From NCBI RefSeq assembly GCF_026210795.1, contig NC_089432.1, positions 5,146,001 through 5,210,000 of the forward strand: a stretch of DNA of 64,000 bases. Reading direction: 5' to 3'. How positions within the stretch are numbered: the first letter of the stretch is position 1; every line of letters begins with the position of its first letter. The notes beneath the pieces are model-generated. The model had not been told where the DNA came from. It ran no database searches and saw only the letters and a program-made list of their open reading frames with translations. A program made the translations under genes and the position numbers. This document shows positions 48,968 through 61,754 of this stretch, in pieces. Origin of the DNA: Rhizophagus irregularis (taxonomy: Eukaryota).

Positions 48968-49586
48968 ATATTTTCAAAATAATATGGCAAAAAAATTATG
49001 GAAATATAAGCTAAGCATTGAATTATTATATAATTTAATTATATAATTATTGGCATAATTTTTTAATATTTTTATAACACATTATTCATATGTGATAATT
49101 CATAATTTTTTGCCAATCATCAGATAAAATTTGATGGGCAGAGATGAATATACATAGGTGAAACTCAAAACTTTGCACAAATATTTTTTATATTATGTAG
49201 AATCTATAAAAAAAATAATGCAGTGATCTGATTTATAATGCAGGTTTTTTATTAGTAACATATTTAGTGAATAATTTCATAAAATGAATAAATATATGCC
49301 AAATAATAATAAAAGCTAAAAAGTTTCTAGTGAAATTTAATATATAATAAATTAAAACTAAATTTAAGTTATTTGTGAAATTTGAGCATATATTATTATG
49401 TAAATTTTTTTAGCAATAATATTATATTATGTAATAATTGAATAAATGATTGGCAAATAATCAACAAATAATCAGTAATAAAATATGGATATCATTTTTT
49501 TACTTTAATAAAACTGCAAATGCGCTGGTGAAAAAATAAAAAATAAAATAAAATAGGGATATCCGCTATGCTCTACTTACTGTAAT

Positions 49587-49864
49587 TAGGAATGGCAATG
49601 GTCGGCCATGATCAGTTATCAGTCAGTCATAACTGGTTATGGGCCTTTGACCATCCAACCATTTTGGCTGACCATAAGTATTAAATGAATAGGGTTGGTT
49701 AAATGGTCAGTTAACAGTCAGTTAAATGGTCAGTTAAATGGTTGGTCAAACAGTTGGTCAAAATGGTCAGTTAAACAGTCAGTCAGAGCCTTTGGCTGAC
49801 CAATATCAGTCACAGTTATTAACCAGTTATGACTGGTTATGACCATGACCATTGCCATCCTTTT
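49587..49864. mobile_element. Degenerate MITE of the TAGGGATGGC family
   Basis: TAGGAATGGCAATGGTCGG...GACCATTGCCATCC, with many C>T/G>A changes relative to 47630-48322. Confidence 0.7.
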
Positions 49865-50254
49865 ACTGCAATAGAATAAGTATACTGCAGCAGAGACATA
49901 GTATGCCCACATCACCACATAATATTTAATGATATACTTTACTAGTTTATATTACCCAAAACCATTACCTAGAGTTTGGAACCAGTTCTATTTCAAAAAC
50001 TGAATTTAAAACAGATGTAAAATCCAATTGAAATCAAATAACCGAATCGTATATATTTGTTAATTCTGGTCAGAATTAAATGTGATCAGCATAAATCTGG
50101 CCAAGTTATAATTCTGGCCGGAATTACAACCTTTGTGTAATACAATATGAAATTTTATGGGACACAATTATCTGTAATAAAATTTTGTGTAATATAACTT
50201 ATTACCCGGTGGCTAAACTATTTAATCTTCCCCAGTAACACCACTAAATTTTTA

Positions 50255-52052
50255 TAATGGTGTAGTTAGCCGAAAAATTCAGCCAAAGGCGCAGTAAATT
50301 TTTGGCTAACAACACCCAGCCAAAAAAAATTCATGTTGATTTTGAATATTTTATTAATTCAACATCTACTATTTTTGGCTGAATATTTTCGGCTAAATAC
50401 ACTTTTTTTAAATAATAGTGTAGTTAGCCAAAATATCCAAATAGCAGTCATTGCTCATGTTGTCACCCACGTCTGCCACCCGTGGATAAACACATTTTTC
50501 ACATTACAACTTTATTTCTCGTTATTTCGCTTGATTTAGATTTCTATTATTCTCTTAACTTCTCGCTTTCTTTCTCATATATTCATAGTATTTATTCTTT
50601 CCACTCATTCATAATATTCCCAAAATATTATTCTTCATGTAATATTTATTCTTTCAAATATTACCACTTTATTTCTTATAAACTGCGAGAGTTCTCCTAA
50701 CTTCTTATTATATTTCATACAATTAAACGAGAATAATTCCCTTTTCCTTACTTTTCTGGACTTAATATTATAATATTAATTAATTCTCAAGCATACAATG
50801 AGCATATTCAAGATAACTTTTAATAATTAATATTTATTTTATTCAATTTGAGTCAAAAACTGACTGCGGAATTCCTAACGAATCCCACCTATATTTATAC
50901 ATTTTTAAGAAAATTATTTCTACTATTTCTAACTTTTCTACTAATAAAAATTTAAGAACAATAAGAAAATAAAGATGTATTATCATATGACTATCTCGTG
51001 ACTAAACTAAACTAAACTATAAATATTATTTTATCAGTTAATTATTTATCCTTCGGCTAATTATTTATCCATTGGTTAATTATTTATCCTTATTCCATTC
51101 GGTCTTTTATTCATCCGCTCACGTGATTATCCTGATTTCTCGGGTTACAATGTAACCTCCTAATTTACTTTATTATGGCAATAGCACCTTCTTCTACATT
51201 TGCAAAGTTTAAAATCAATTTAAAATTGTTTAATTGGCTAAATTAATGATTTTCGAATCCATAATTCTGGCTGAAATTTTCTTAATTCTGGCCTAAAATT
51301 GGTTAAATTGAAAATTTCAGGTAAAATGTAACATCATATATATACAAAATAATCTCCAAACTAAATATGGAATCAAATGTTTTTTGTTTTTTGAGTTGGA
51401 TCTTAGCTAAAAATTAGTGTATTAAAAATAAAAAATAATGCAAAAAACTTATAATTTGTCAATGATAGTGAATAATATAAGACTTTAAATTAAAAATAAA
51501 AAATATTTTAAAAAAATAAAATAATGTATGTATATTTTCAAATACATTTCAAATCCCTTAAAAAAATTTCTCTTTTTTATTTTATTTGTATAATTGTATC
51601 GTTATAGTTTTAATGGTTAAATAAACTATTCATTAATTTAAAGAACAATTAAATATTAAAAATATTTCTTTTTTACAATTAAATTACTAAAAATCTAATA
51701 TTGAAGTATGATTGGACAGAAATAAATGAGTTAAAAATAACAAATAATTTGTAGTTTTATTAATAAAAATAATAATGCATTGTCCAAAAATAAGTATAGT
51801 AATGTTATGTACTTCTTGTTTTCTATAATAAATAAAATTTTGTCATTATTTCATATTGATTGCTATTTTGATATTTCGGCTAACTACACTATTATTTAAA
51901 AAAGTGTATTTAGCTGAAAATATTCAGCCAAAAATAGTTAGATGTTGAACCAATAAAATATTCTAAATCAACATGAATTTTTTTCGGCTGGGTGTTGTTA
52001 GCCAAAAATTTACTGCGCTTTCAGCTGAATTTTTCGGCTAACTACACCATTA
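50255..52052. mobile_element. Long-TIR (~180 bp) non-autonomous element
   Basis: ~50255-50440 is the reverse complement of ~51865-52052; exact ends and TSD not resolved. Confidence 0.7.
50461..51149. mobile_element. Probable solo LTR
   Basis: TGTCACCC...GGGTTACA ends with 4-bp TSD ATGT (50457-50460, 51150-51153). Confidence 0.7.
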
Positions 52053-52231
52053 TTAAATTTTTCGCCTCCACCTAATAATATTCATTACCGGCATCACATC
52101 CCACCACGTTTTCACTGTTTATATTTATCTGAGGGACTTAGTTTTTTTTTTTGCCTCCCAAAATTATTTTTTTTCACAACCCCTTAAATGTCACCGGTCA
52201 CATGGGAGGTGAAATTTTAATTATAAAATTG

Positions 52232-53377
52232 TTTTATTTTTATTTTTATTTTTAAATTCTGAAGTGATCAAGATTACAGAAAGGTAAACAAGAACTAATA
52301 TATAAAAAAGCCAAACATTACCCAAACTAGCTGTAATCAAACCGCCCAAAGACAGTGCCACCAGGGTGCTACAAAACAAACCCATGGAGGTCCAACCGAA
52401 GCTTTTCCAACCATAATCAAACCAATAGCACCACGTGAAATCAAACAAATTTAATTCTCCTAATGGCTACATACTATGGATAACTAACCTATTTCAAAAA
52501 GACTTCAGGGAACTTTTTAGTGTCGTGCAGTCCAGCCAATGGGGAACTTTTTAGTGTCATGCAATCCCCAAGGGGACACCCACCTCATTACGAACAATCC
52601 CAATGGAGGACACCCACCTCATTGCGAACAATCCTTCGGCCTAAGATCTACCTAGATAAGTCAATCCAATGATAACCCAACATGTGACCACCTTGATCGG
52701 CATACTACAAAAACTGCGGTATCCAATCTGTCACCCCCCTTATCACCCGAGTGATCATCGATTTTAAAAATGTAACACCAAACCACCATGACGATCAAAT
52801 TTTCCAGTATCCCCCCACCCCCCAAAGAAAATAAGGTTACACCGAAAAAAGCGACCAAGAAAAACAAAAAGCAAAAAATAAAAACATAAACCTCAGGAAA
52901 ACTCGAAGTGCAATGAGAAAAACCTGAGTGAAAATTACCAAGCATACACCTCAACTCTATCTCCTTATTTTAGAAGACTAACTCCCCAGTTAATAACATC
53001 AACTAGCAAGAAATACGTTGGTCAGGAGCTCCTTCCAAGAAATACTGGTCCGGCCTGCGAACCACTTGGCCAGTTAGACTTTAAAGGCGTAGGAACCAAG
53101 ACGCACTACTTTTCAACCTTTCAGAAAGCCCAGGGAACATTCGTATGGAACTGCCATCTTACAGTATTATTGGTAACTCCAAGACTCATGATAACGGTCC
53201 TAACTCAATATAAGCCGTAAGGAGTTCGGGCGAAACTAAAGACCTCGGTAATAACTTCATATAACATCGAAAAGTCCTTTTACTATCACTCAAGGCAAAA
53301 AATCCTCATATTTTTCATCCATAACTTCATGGAAAAAATGGGCAGAGCCCAACGGGAGAGAAAGTACGATGATCCTC
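52232..53377 (-). mobile_element. 5'-truncated, degenerate LINE
   Basis: GC-richer island, (AAAAAT)n tail on the minus strand, perfect 16-bp TSD TTTAATTATAAAATTG (52216-52231, 53378-53393). Confidence 0.75.
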
Positions 53378-53646
53378 TTTAATTATAAAATTGGTGGTGT
53401 TACTACGGTAAATAAACTATTTAGCCATGGTCACGTGATTTTAATTTCGTAATTTGGGCTAGCACTATAAAGTTTCAATATCAAACCGGGTTGAAAATCT
53501 GGTTGCATCCATTTTAAACGCAAACTGGTTTTCAGAATATGAATTCAGGTCAAACTGATTTTTAAACCGGTTGGTGCAATCAGTTCCAAACTCTACCATT
53601 ACCTAATATGGAAAATTCCCTAAAATATGGCACTGATAACATCAAG

Positions 53647-54354
53647 TAGAGTTCTGAATGGGTCAGATCAGGTCAGGTAAATTTATAAACCTGACCTGAA
53701 ATTTTTTTCAGGTCAGGTCAGGTCAGGTCATATCAGGTTATCTATTTGACCTGACCTGAACTGAAACCTGAAAATTTTCAGGATTTATATTAAAAATATC
53801 AAAAAAAATGGTGCAAACCATTTTTTTTTGAAATATTGCGATTCAGTTTTTTATATTAAAATCGTATAAAAAGGTGAATTGCAATACCGCAACTAACTTT
53901 TTAAATATAAAATCAATATAAAAAAGTGAATTCTGATATCGCAATTCACTTTTTATATATAAATTGATATAAAAAAAGTGAATTCCAATACCGCAATTCA
54001 TTTTTTATATATAAATCGATATAAAAAAGTGAATTCCGATACCACAATTCATTTTTATATATAAAATCATATAAAAAAGTGAATTCTGATATCACAATTC
54101 ACTTTTATTATATAAAATCAATATAAAAAAGTGAATCCCAATATCGCAATTAACTTTTATTATATAAAATCAATATAAAAAGTGAATTATAATACCATAA
54201 CTCACTTATTATATAAAATCATAGTTTCAGTCATTCAGGTTATATTGATGTTACATCCTGAACTGATGCTGAATTGCAATTGCTAAACCTGACCTGAAAA
54301 ATTCAGGTCAACCTGTCAGGATTCCTGAATTTGATCAACCTGTTCGGAACTCTA
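53647..54354. mobile_element. hAT-type MITE with internal ~45-bp palindromic minisatellite
   Basis: TAGAGTTC...GAACTCTA, TSD ACATCAAG/ACGTCAAG, GGTCA subterminal repeats, and repeats AAAAGTGAATT...AATTCACTTTT at ~53860-54220. Confidence 0.8.
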
Positions 54355-55800
54355 ACGTCAAGATTGGAATATCTGAAGTAGTTATTAATTTCTGGTATAT
54401 TTTACATAATTGAAATATTCTTGGCTTTGTTAGTTCTTTCATTTTTTTAAAAAATTAAAAAAGATCCTTTTAAAAGTAGAAGCAAAAGTACAATAGAAAC
54501 AGAAAAATATATGTCCATTTAAATAAATTTTGGCAAGAATGATTTTTTACATTGATTATTTCATTAACATTAATATATTATTAATCCATTGATTTATTGG
54601 ATGAAATTAGTATCACTAGAATATATTATATTGTTTTAAACATTTAAGTAGTTTTAAATGAATATTTAAAGGTGATTTATTAATATATGTTAAATTATTG
54701 GCTAAAATAAATTTGTTGGTTAAAATAAATGTACAACTCGAAAGTACACATAATAATCTTGTTTCTCTTTATTACTACAAGTAAATAAGTAAATAAAAAT
54801 TTTATTAGAGATGGTCATTCAAATAGATTTTAGTTATTCTTGAATTTACTTAAAAAAATTTCGCTAATTTTTAATTTAAGTACAACTATCACCTTAATTC
54901 TTTTGTAAAATTACATCTATCTAGTGACAACAATAGATTTGTTAAAATAATAAAATTTTTATTAGAATCGGCTTTTTTGTAATTTACAGAAAATCTGACT
55001 GAATATCTACCATTATAACCTTAAAAAATCTTTTTCTTTATGTAAATTACTTATATTTTTGCTGTTAATATTATAACTCTCATGATCAAAAATTTTCACA
55101 GTTCTCTCCGTACTACTAGATATTGAGATTGCCGTTTGGGACATGTTTAAACAGTTCAGTATTCATATCACTCAATTTTCATTTACACATTCAGACTGAT
55201 TATAGGTTAACTCAAGTTTTATGCTTTTACTTTATATGAGTGAGGCAATTATAATAACATAAATCCAACTTCAATATATACAAATATAATTTAGTAATTT
55301 CCTCCAAAATAGATTATTTTTCATAATTGTTAATAACAATACAGCCTAACTTTGCCAAAAATTTTGAAGACATTAATTTAATATGCTGTTAATAAAATTA
55401 TCTGTCATATTGCTTTAATTTTAAATTAATGTAGCCCTTTCCTATTACTATGAAATTGTAACAAATAAACTTCCCTTTTAAATTTTCTCTGAACTTCTAA
55501 AGTAAAATCAACTTTTAAGCTAATTCTAAACTTCTAAACTCATTAGTTTAGAAAGGAAACAAATAGAAAATCCATTGCCATTGTGAAAGTTCATTATGAC
55601 TAATAATATGATGAGCTGACTGAGCAGTTATAATTATTAATAATTTTATAGCAATTATTTCTCAATGTGATTGTTTAAATGATGAGTTTATGTTATTATG
55701 ACACAATTTATCAGTATAATTGCTCTTCATCTTTCCATTTTTTTCTTCTTTTTTTCCTGAAAAAAAGTTTTCATTCCTTTTATTTCCTAAAAAAAGAAAA

Positions 55801-57207
55801 ATGACAGAATTAAATGATGATGTTCTATTCTACATTTTTCAAGATTTATATTACTTAATTACTACTTCTAATTCAAATAATGAAAAGAAATATGAAAAAT
55901 CTCTATATTTTTGTTTGTTTGTTAACAAACATTGGTGTAAAATTATGGTTCCAATTTTATGGAGTTATCCTTATAAACATGTTTATAAAAAAGAATCATT
56001 ATTAAATATCATCATTTCTCATTTATCAGATAATTCAATTAAATTTTTGAAAGATGAAAGTATCATTGAAGCAAATTTTCAGAAGCAAAAACTTTCATTT
56101 AACTATGTTAAATTTTGCCGATATCTTGATGATATTCATAAAATTTTTCCAATAAGATCAAGTTTATTGGAAGAAGAAATTTATAAGCTTTTCATTAGTG
56201 AATGTTCATCCATAAAATCTTTGAGTTCAGAAATGGTATATTATCCAATATATAAATATCTGGGATCAAATATTTCTCTTTCAAATCTATCTGAGTTATG
56301 TTTAGTTTCAAGATCAAATTATAATGACTTTTATCATGAATTGGCACAAATATGCAGATCAATAGAAAAAATTTATATAGACCTTAGATGTGATCTTCCT
56401 GAAATTACTGAATTAATTGAAATGCAAAAACAGATTAAATACATATATGTAAAGGAATATGGTAATTGTGAGAAAATAAATCAAGCTTTAGAAAAACATG
56501 CAAATTCAATTGTTCTTTTAAATTTAACAATATATACAAAAAATGGATCCTTTCTATATGATTTACTCCTTCCAAAAGTAATTAATTTACAATATTTAAG
56601 GATAAATAATATGGAATCAGAATGTATACTAGAGCATGTAATATATTTAAGTTATCACAACCTTCAAATACTTGATTTGGTAACAGTATCACTTGATATA
56701 GCAATAAATATTATTCAAAATACCAATGGAAATCTATGGAAAATTAAAATTAGACGGTCTGATTATGATCATATAAAAGAATATGATCAAACAATTCACC
56801 AATATTGCCCAAATATAAAATATGTTTCATTATTTATAACTGATGATGAAACCCTGAAAGAACTAGAGAACATTTTCATCAAATGCCAACATTTGGTAGC
56901 AATAGATATACTTAATAGAATTAGTCATGAATATGTGAATAAATTGCTGAATTTATTTGTTGATTCAGCTCCACTTACTTTATACAAATTTCACATTGAT
57001 TTTATTACTACTGATTTTGATAGAGAATCTTTAAAATTATTTTTTACTAATTGGAATCGTAAAGGTAGAAAAACTTTACATTTATATCATATTTGTAATT
57101 CCTGGCATGGAAAATTTGTAGTGAAAGATATTATAGAACTAGATTACTATGATGACGATTTTTGGAATCATAGAATTACAATGTTAAATGATGAAAAAAA
57201 TGATTGA
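55801..57207 (+). CDS. F-box/LRR(RNI)-like protein
   Basis: Intact ORF from MTELNDD; tandem duplicate of 45831-47225 together with its flanks. Confidence 0.82.
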   Translation: MTELNDDVLFYIFQDLYYLITTSNSNNEKKYEKSLYFCLFVNKHWCKIMVPILWSYPYKHVYKKESLLNIIISHLSDNSIKFLKDESIIEANFQKQKLSFNYVKFCRYLDDIHKIFPIRSSLLEEEIYKLFISECSSIKSLSSEMVYYPIYKYLGSNISLSNLSELCLVSRSNYNDFYHELAQICRSIEKIYIDLRCDLPEITELIEMQKQIKYIYVKEYGNCEKINQALEKHANSIVLLNLTIYTKNGSFLYDLLLPKVINLQYLRINNMESECILEHVIYLSYHNLQILDLVTVSLDIAINIIQNTNGNLWKIKIRRSDYDHIKEYDQTIHQYCPNIKYVSLFITDDETLKELENIFIKCQHLVAIDILNRISHEYVNKLLNLFVDSAPLTLYKFHIDFITTDFDRESLKLFFTNWNRKGRKTLHLYHICNSWHGKFVVKDIIELDYYDDDFWNHRITMLNDEKND

Positions 57208-59599
57208 ATATAAATTTTATTATTACTAGTATGAAGTTTTTTAAATATAATTGATATAATTTATATTCCAAAGTATAACAGATAATGTATTGTGTGCATA
57301 AAATTAAAATTGGGCTATCAAAACTTTTATCATAATAAAAAGAAAATTAAAATCAAACTTATGATAGTTTTATACTTTTAAGATTCAGTTAATATTATCC
57401 TATATAACAAATGAGTTTAAAACAAAAAGTTTCAGAATTAATAAAATCAACAACTTTTTAAAATATAATGTACCAGAATACAGTCTTATAAACCTATTAA
57501 TCATCATTCTTATGATAAATATATGTCAAAACTTAAAAAGTAACATAAAAATATTTTTTGCCCCATTTATTAATAGATCATAAAAAAATATCTCTTAGAA
57601 ATTCCAATTTTTTTTTATCTGATTTGTAAATAGAGTAAGTATTCTGCTTCTTTAAGAATTATAGTTTGAGAAGTAACGTACTACTTACTACGATAGAATA
57701 AATATACTGCGGTATATGTCAGAGCTACACATCCATGTGATATTTAACGATATGCTTCAACATGTTGCAATTGTCGCATTACTCATTTAATCACAAATGT
57801 TGTATTTAGTGCTTTACTAGTTTATATTACCAAAAACCGTTACCCAACATGGAAAATTCCCTAAAATATGGCACTGATAACGTCAAGATTGGAATATCTG
57901 AAGTAGTTATTAATTTCTGGTATGTTTCACATAATTGAAATATTCTTGGCATTATTAGTCCATTCATTTCTTTTAAAAAAATGACTCTTTTAAACAAAAG
58001 TACAATTTAGATAGCAAAAATATGTATAATTTTTTAAAATGGTGGTTATTCAAATAGATTTTTTGTAAAATGCGAAAATTGACTTCTTATGGCTATCATT
58101 TACATTGATGTTGATATTAATACATCGATTTAATTAGACGAAATTATCACTAGAATATATTGTTATAAATGGTTTAAGTAGTTTTAAATAAATATTTGGA
58201 AATTAATATATATTAAGTTATTAGATAAAATAAAATTTTAAAAACTATGCTGATAATTATTGTTTTTCGATTTCTCATGCCTTCTTAAGCCCTGTATCTC
58301 TACCTTTGGTCGATAATGACCTACCTACAGAACTTGAAATCTCTTCTTCTCCGATTCAAACAGTCTTACCTTATTGTCCAGTATAGCAAGAATTTGATAG
58401 ATTTAACAAATGTACTACTCGAAAATACACCTCTCTATTTTCTATAAATAAAAATTTTATTAGAGATGGTTATTCAAATAGATTTTTGGTTATTCTTGAA
58501 TTAACTTAAAAAAAATTTCTTCAATTTTTAATAAAAGTACTACTATCATCTTAATAAAAGTTGTTTTTTTTTTTGCAATATTACATCTACTAGTAACAAC
58601 AAAATATTTATGTATTATTAGTTAAGAATTTCTTATTGAAACGTTTATTAAAACAAATAAGATTTTTTTTATTAAATCGGGTTTTACGTATTTTGCAGAA
58701 ATTTTAACTGATTAACTATCATTATCGTTATAACCTTAGATAATCTTCTTCCTCATATAAATTACGTATATTTTTGCCGTCAACATTATACTTTCGTCCT
58801 TATTTTTAAAAGGATCTCAAAAAAGCTGTATTTAAATGTATAAAAAAGGAAATTATTTTAAGTAGATAAAGATAATATGGAATGTCATTTGGATCAGCAA
58901 CTGTTAATACAATTAGCTCCTAAAGCAATTACAATAAGTAATGTCACGCGCATACCTTATCATCTTTCGCATGTACTGTATATAATATAAGCACCTAAAT
59001 ACTGATATGATAAAAATTTCACTTTAGACATTGCATCACCTAGAGTTACTTGGTGAGATATATATACAAGATTTTACAGCGGCTGGATTTTATGTATAAA
59101 AGTAACACCATATCTCCAATTTCCACATCCTCTACTTGAAGAAAGGTTCACTCACATGTTGTTATGGATCTAGATATGGAGAAGCTTATCAAATATTTGC
59201 GGAAACGAAATCTAATGTTCAAGGATTCAAAATCTTGCGGAAAGAAGAGATTACAAATCTTGCCTTTCTTTGAATTAATTAAAGAAAAATTTTGATGTAT
59301 GGATTTTGCATTTGGTTCAGCAACAACTCTTGCGAATTTCAATTTTTCTTTAAAAAAGGTTATATTTAATGCATTATATATGAATTTTAATATAACGATC
59401 TCAAACAAAAATTGAGCTATTAGATATTATGTAAAAACAAGGTTAATGTGAAGATATTACGAATATTAAGCAATTTACTCCACATCATAGCTTTGCTACT
59501 TCCAGCCGTCAGATGAATTTCAATCATCATTATAACTTACTTTCCCATAGTGTTCAAGGAAACAAATAGTAACAACAAAACTTTCAATCATTGTATGGA

Positions 59600-59860
59600 T
59601 GATATAATCCTGAAGTTATCGAATATGGAAACGATGATGAAGCAACACGATGTGAAATTATTTCAGCAATCCTACATGCATTAATCGATGTTGCCAAAAC
59701 TGTTCACTTAAAATATCTTGTAGTATTATAAATATATAAGAATGTTTCCAATGAAAAACCAATGGGGTGAATTATCTTCGCAATCAAGAGTTTGGAGGAT
59801 CTTCTTGCATTACTGAAAGAAAGCCGCTGAATATATATTAAGATTTGGTATGCTCAGAAT
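59600..59860 (+). pseudogene. Degenerate restriction-endonuclease-fold (Crinkler-associated type) gene fragment
   Basis: Fragments read EATRCEIISAILHA and AIKSLEDLLxITExK with frameshifts. Confidence 0.45.
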
Positions 59861-61307
59861 AATGTATAAAAGTATGCCGTATAATGCATTCATCCATTTA
59901 TACCAGTATGGTTAAAGCAAAAGAATAAGAAGTAACAATGGCCACACGATGGAGGGTATTGGGCGGATTACAGTGGCAACTTTTAGGATTTATCACACAT
60001 AATTGGAGAACTGAAAACATTTAATACAGACGTCGCATTCAAAATACAATTAAAATTTTTAAATGTGAAAGCCTCAATAATATCCTCGATCACTACTGAA
60101 AACAACTTGGCGTCACAATATTATTTATAGAACAAAAACAGGAAAAAGTGTTGAGGCATTACCTTTCATTCCCGAGCAATCTTGTCATTACACATAGCAG
60201 ATATTCTTTTGAACGGGATGCCATTGAAGAATAGTACATATGGATACAGAATTATTCTAATGACCCTATAATAAGACAACAACTCGACAACTACACTATG
60301 TCAACATCATCTTCGATTCTCTATTTTATGTTATCTTTATTTCTTGTTTGATCTAGCCAGAACTAAAAAAATAAAAAATATCGAATTAGATGTTTAGATA
60401 CATCAAAGAAGCGCTACGAGCCAGATCTTCCAGTTCACATTTTACTTGTGTAATTAATTGGTATTGGTACGGAATCATTTGAATAACTGACACAAGACTG
60501 ACAACAAAATATTTACAAGTCAAAATTCTGACAAATCATTATACCAACAAGTTGATTATCCTAGCAATTTTATAAAATTTACCACATTTAAACTAAAATA
60601 TTACATATTGCAACAAATTATTTTATTAGAACACACATCATTAGATTTACAAAATTGTCGATATATGACTTGTCGGATTTTGTGTTAGTCGTGCAAGTGA
60701 CTGTCGAGATTTTGATCGGATACCAATTAATTTAATCAGGCCAAAAGGTCATTTAATTTTATCATTCTATTACAAATAAGGGTCATTTAATCTTATCATT
60801 TTATTACAAATAAATCAGACAAAAATTGTCATTTATTTCATTATTAATAAATTAGACCAAAAAGTCATTTTCCCGATAATCAATTTCATGAATCGGACTA
60901 AAAGGGCCATTTTCCCGATAATTGATTTTATCATTTTAGTCGGTCAGAACACTGGATTTGCAGGAAAATCATACTTTTTACCTTTCACATGAAAATGTCA
61001 TTATGATTAACTAGTGGTTAATTAATATCCACAGTTGTATAATTGTAATTCGCGATTGAGATATGTCTGACGATCAATTTTGAATAGCGTAGCAAAAGAT
61101 GTCAACCACAAGAATAACTAATCTTATGCATTTATCTTTTTTTGTTCTTTGTATTTATCAAAAAAAATAACTCATACAATAATTATTAAACAGAAAAATA
61201 CATTTTTGTAATATATAAGTGTATCGTTTGCTATTTTTCTATAAAAAGGGTAACTTTTCAGCAATTTTCACTCGGATAATTACTAAACCGTTGATAATAA
61301 CAAAAAA

Positions 61308-61754
61308 ATGATTAAAATCAAAATATTGTTTGTATTCACCTTGTTGATTATGATCTCATTGATCGAGGCAGTTCCAAACCAACTCGTTAAAAGAACCACT
61401 GAATTCGGACAATGTGATGGCAGAATAAAGCCCCTCGATGTAACGACTTATCCATCTGACTTTGTTCCTAATAATGAGCTTGCTCTTAATATTAAAGGAG
61501 ACTTTGGAACTGAACTTACCGAAAAAGCTAAATTGTTTATTACGGTAAGTTACTCCGATTGGACGTATGACTACGGATTTAACGGCAATATTTGCAGTAT
61601 TATTAAATGTCCGGCTCCTGCAAACTTTGAAATACAAACGGCAGTCCTTTTAAAGGATCTTCCTTCAGGCTATTTATTCTCAGTAGCAATTTTCACAGAT
61701 TATGATAAGAGTCATAATCGTCCTCAAGCCTGTGCAGTGGCTAGAGAGAAATAA
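61308..61754 (+). CDS. Secreted ML-domain (MD-2/NPC2-like lipid-binding) protein
   Basis: Signal peptide, KR processing site, FGQC...PLDVTTYPSDFVP, ICSIIKCP and terminal ACA cysteine pattern. Confidence 0.8.
   Translation: MIKIKILFVFTLLIMISLIEAVPNQLVKRTTEFGQCDGRIKPLDVTTYPSDFVPNNELALNIKGDFGTELTEKAKLFITVSYSDWTYDYGFNGNICSIIKCPAPANFEIQTAVLLKDLPSGYLFSVAIFTDYDKSHNRPQACAVAREK

Larger units (their letters stand above)
49970..53595. mobile_element. hAT-type non-autonomous element hosting nested insertions
   Basis: TAGAGTTTGGAAC...GTTCCAAACTCTA with 8-bp TSD CCATTACC (49962-49969, 53596-53603); absent from the paralogous site near 44330. Confidence 0.85.

Noticed and set aside
53860..54220. Palindromic ~45-bp repeats resembling a CRISPR array
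   Set aside because: No unique spacers and no cas genes; it is a minisatellite inside a TSD-bounded MITE in a eukaryotic genome
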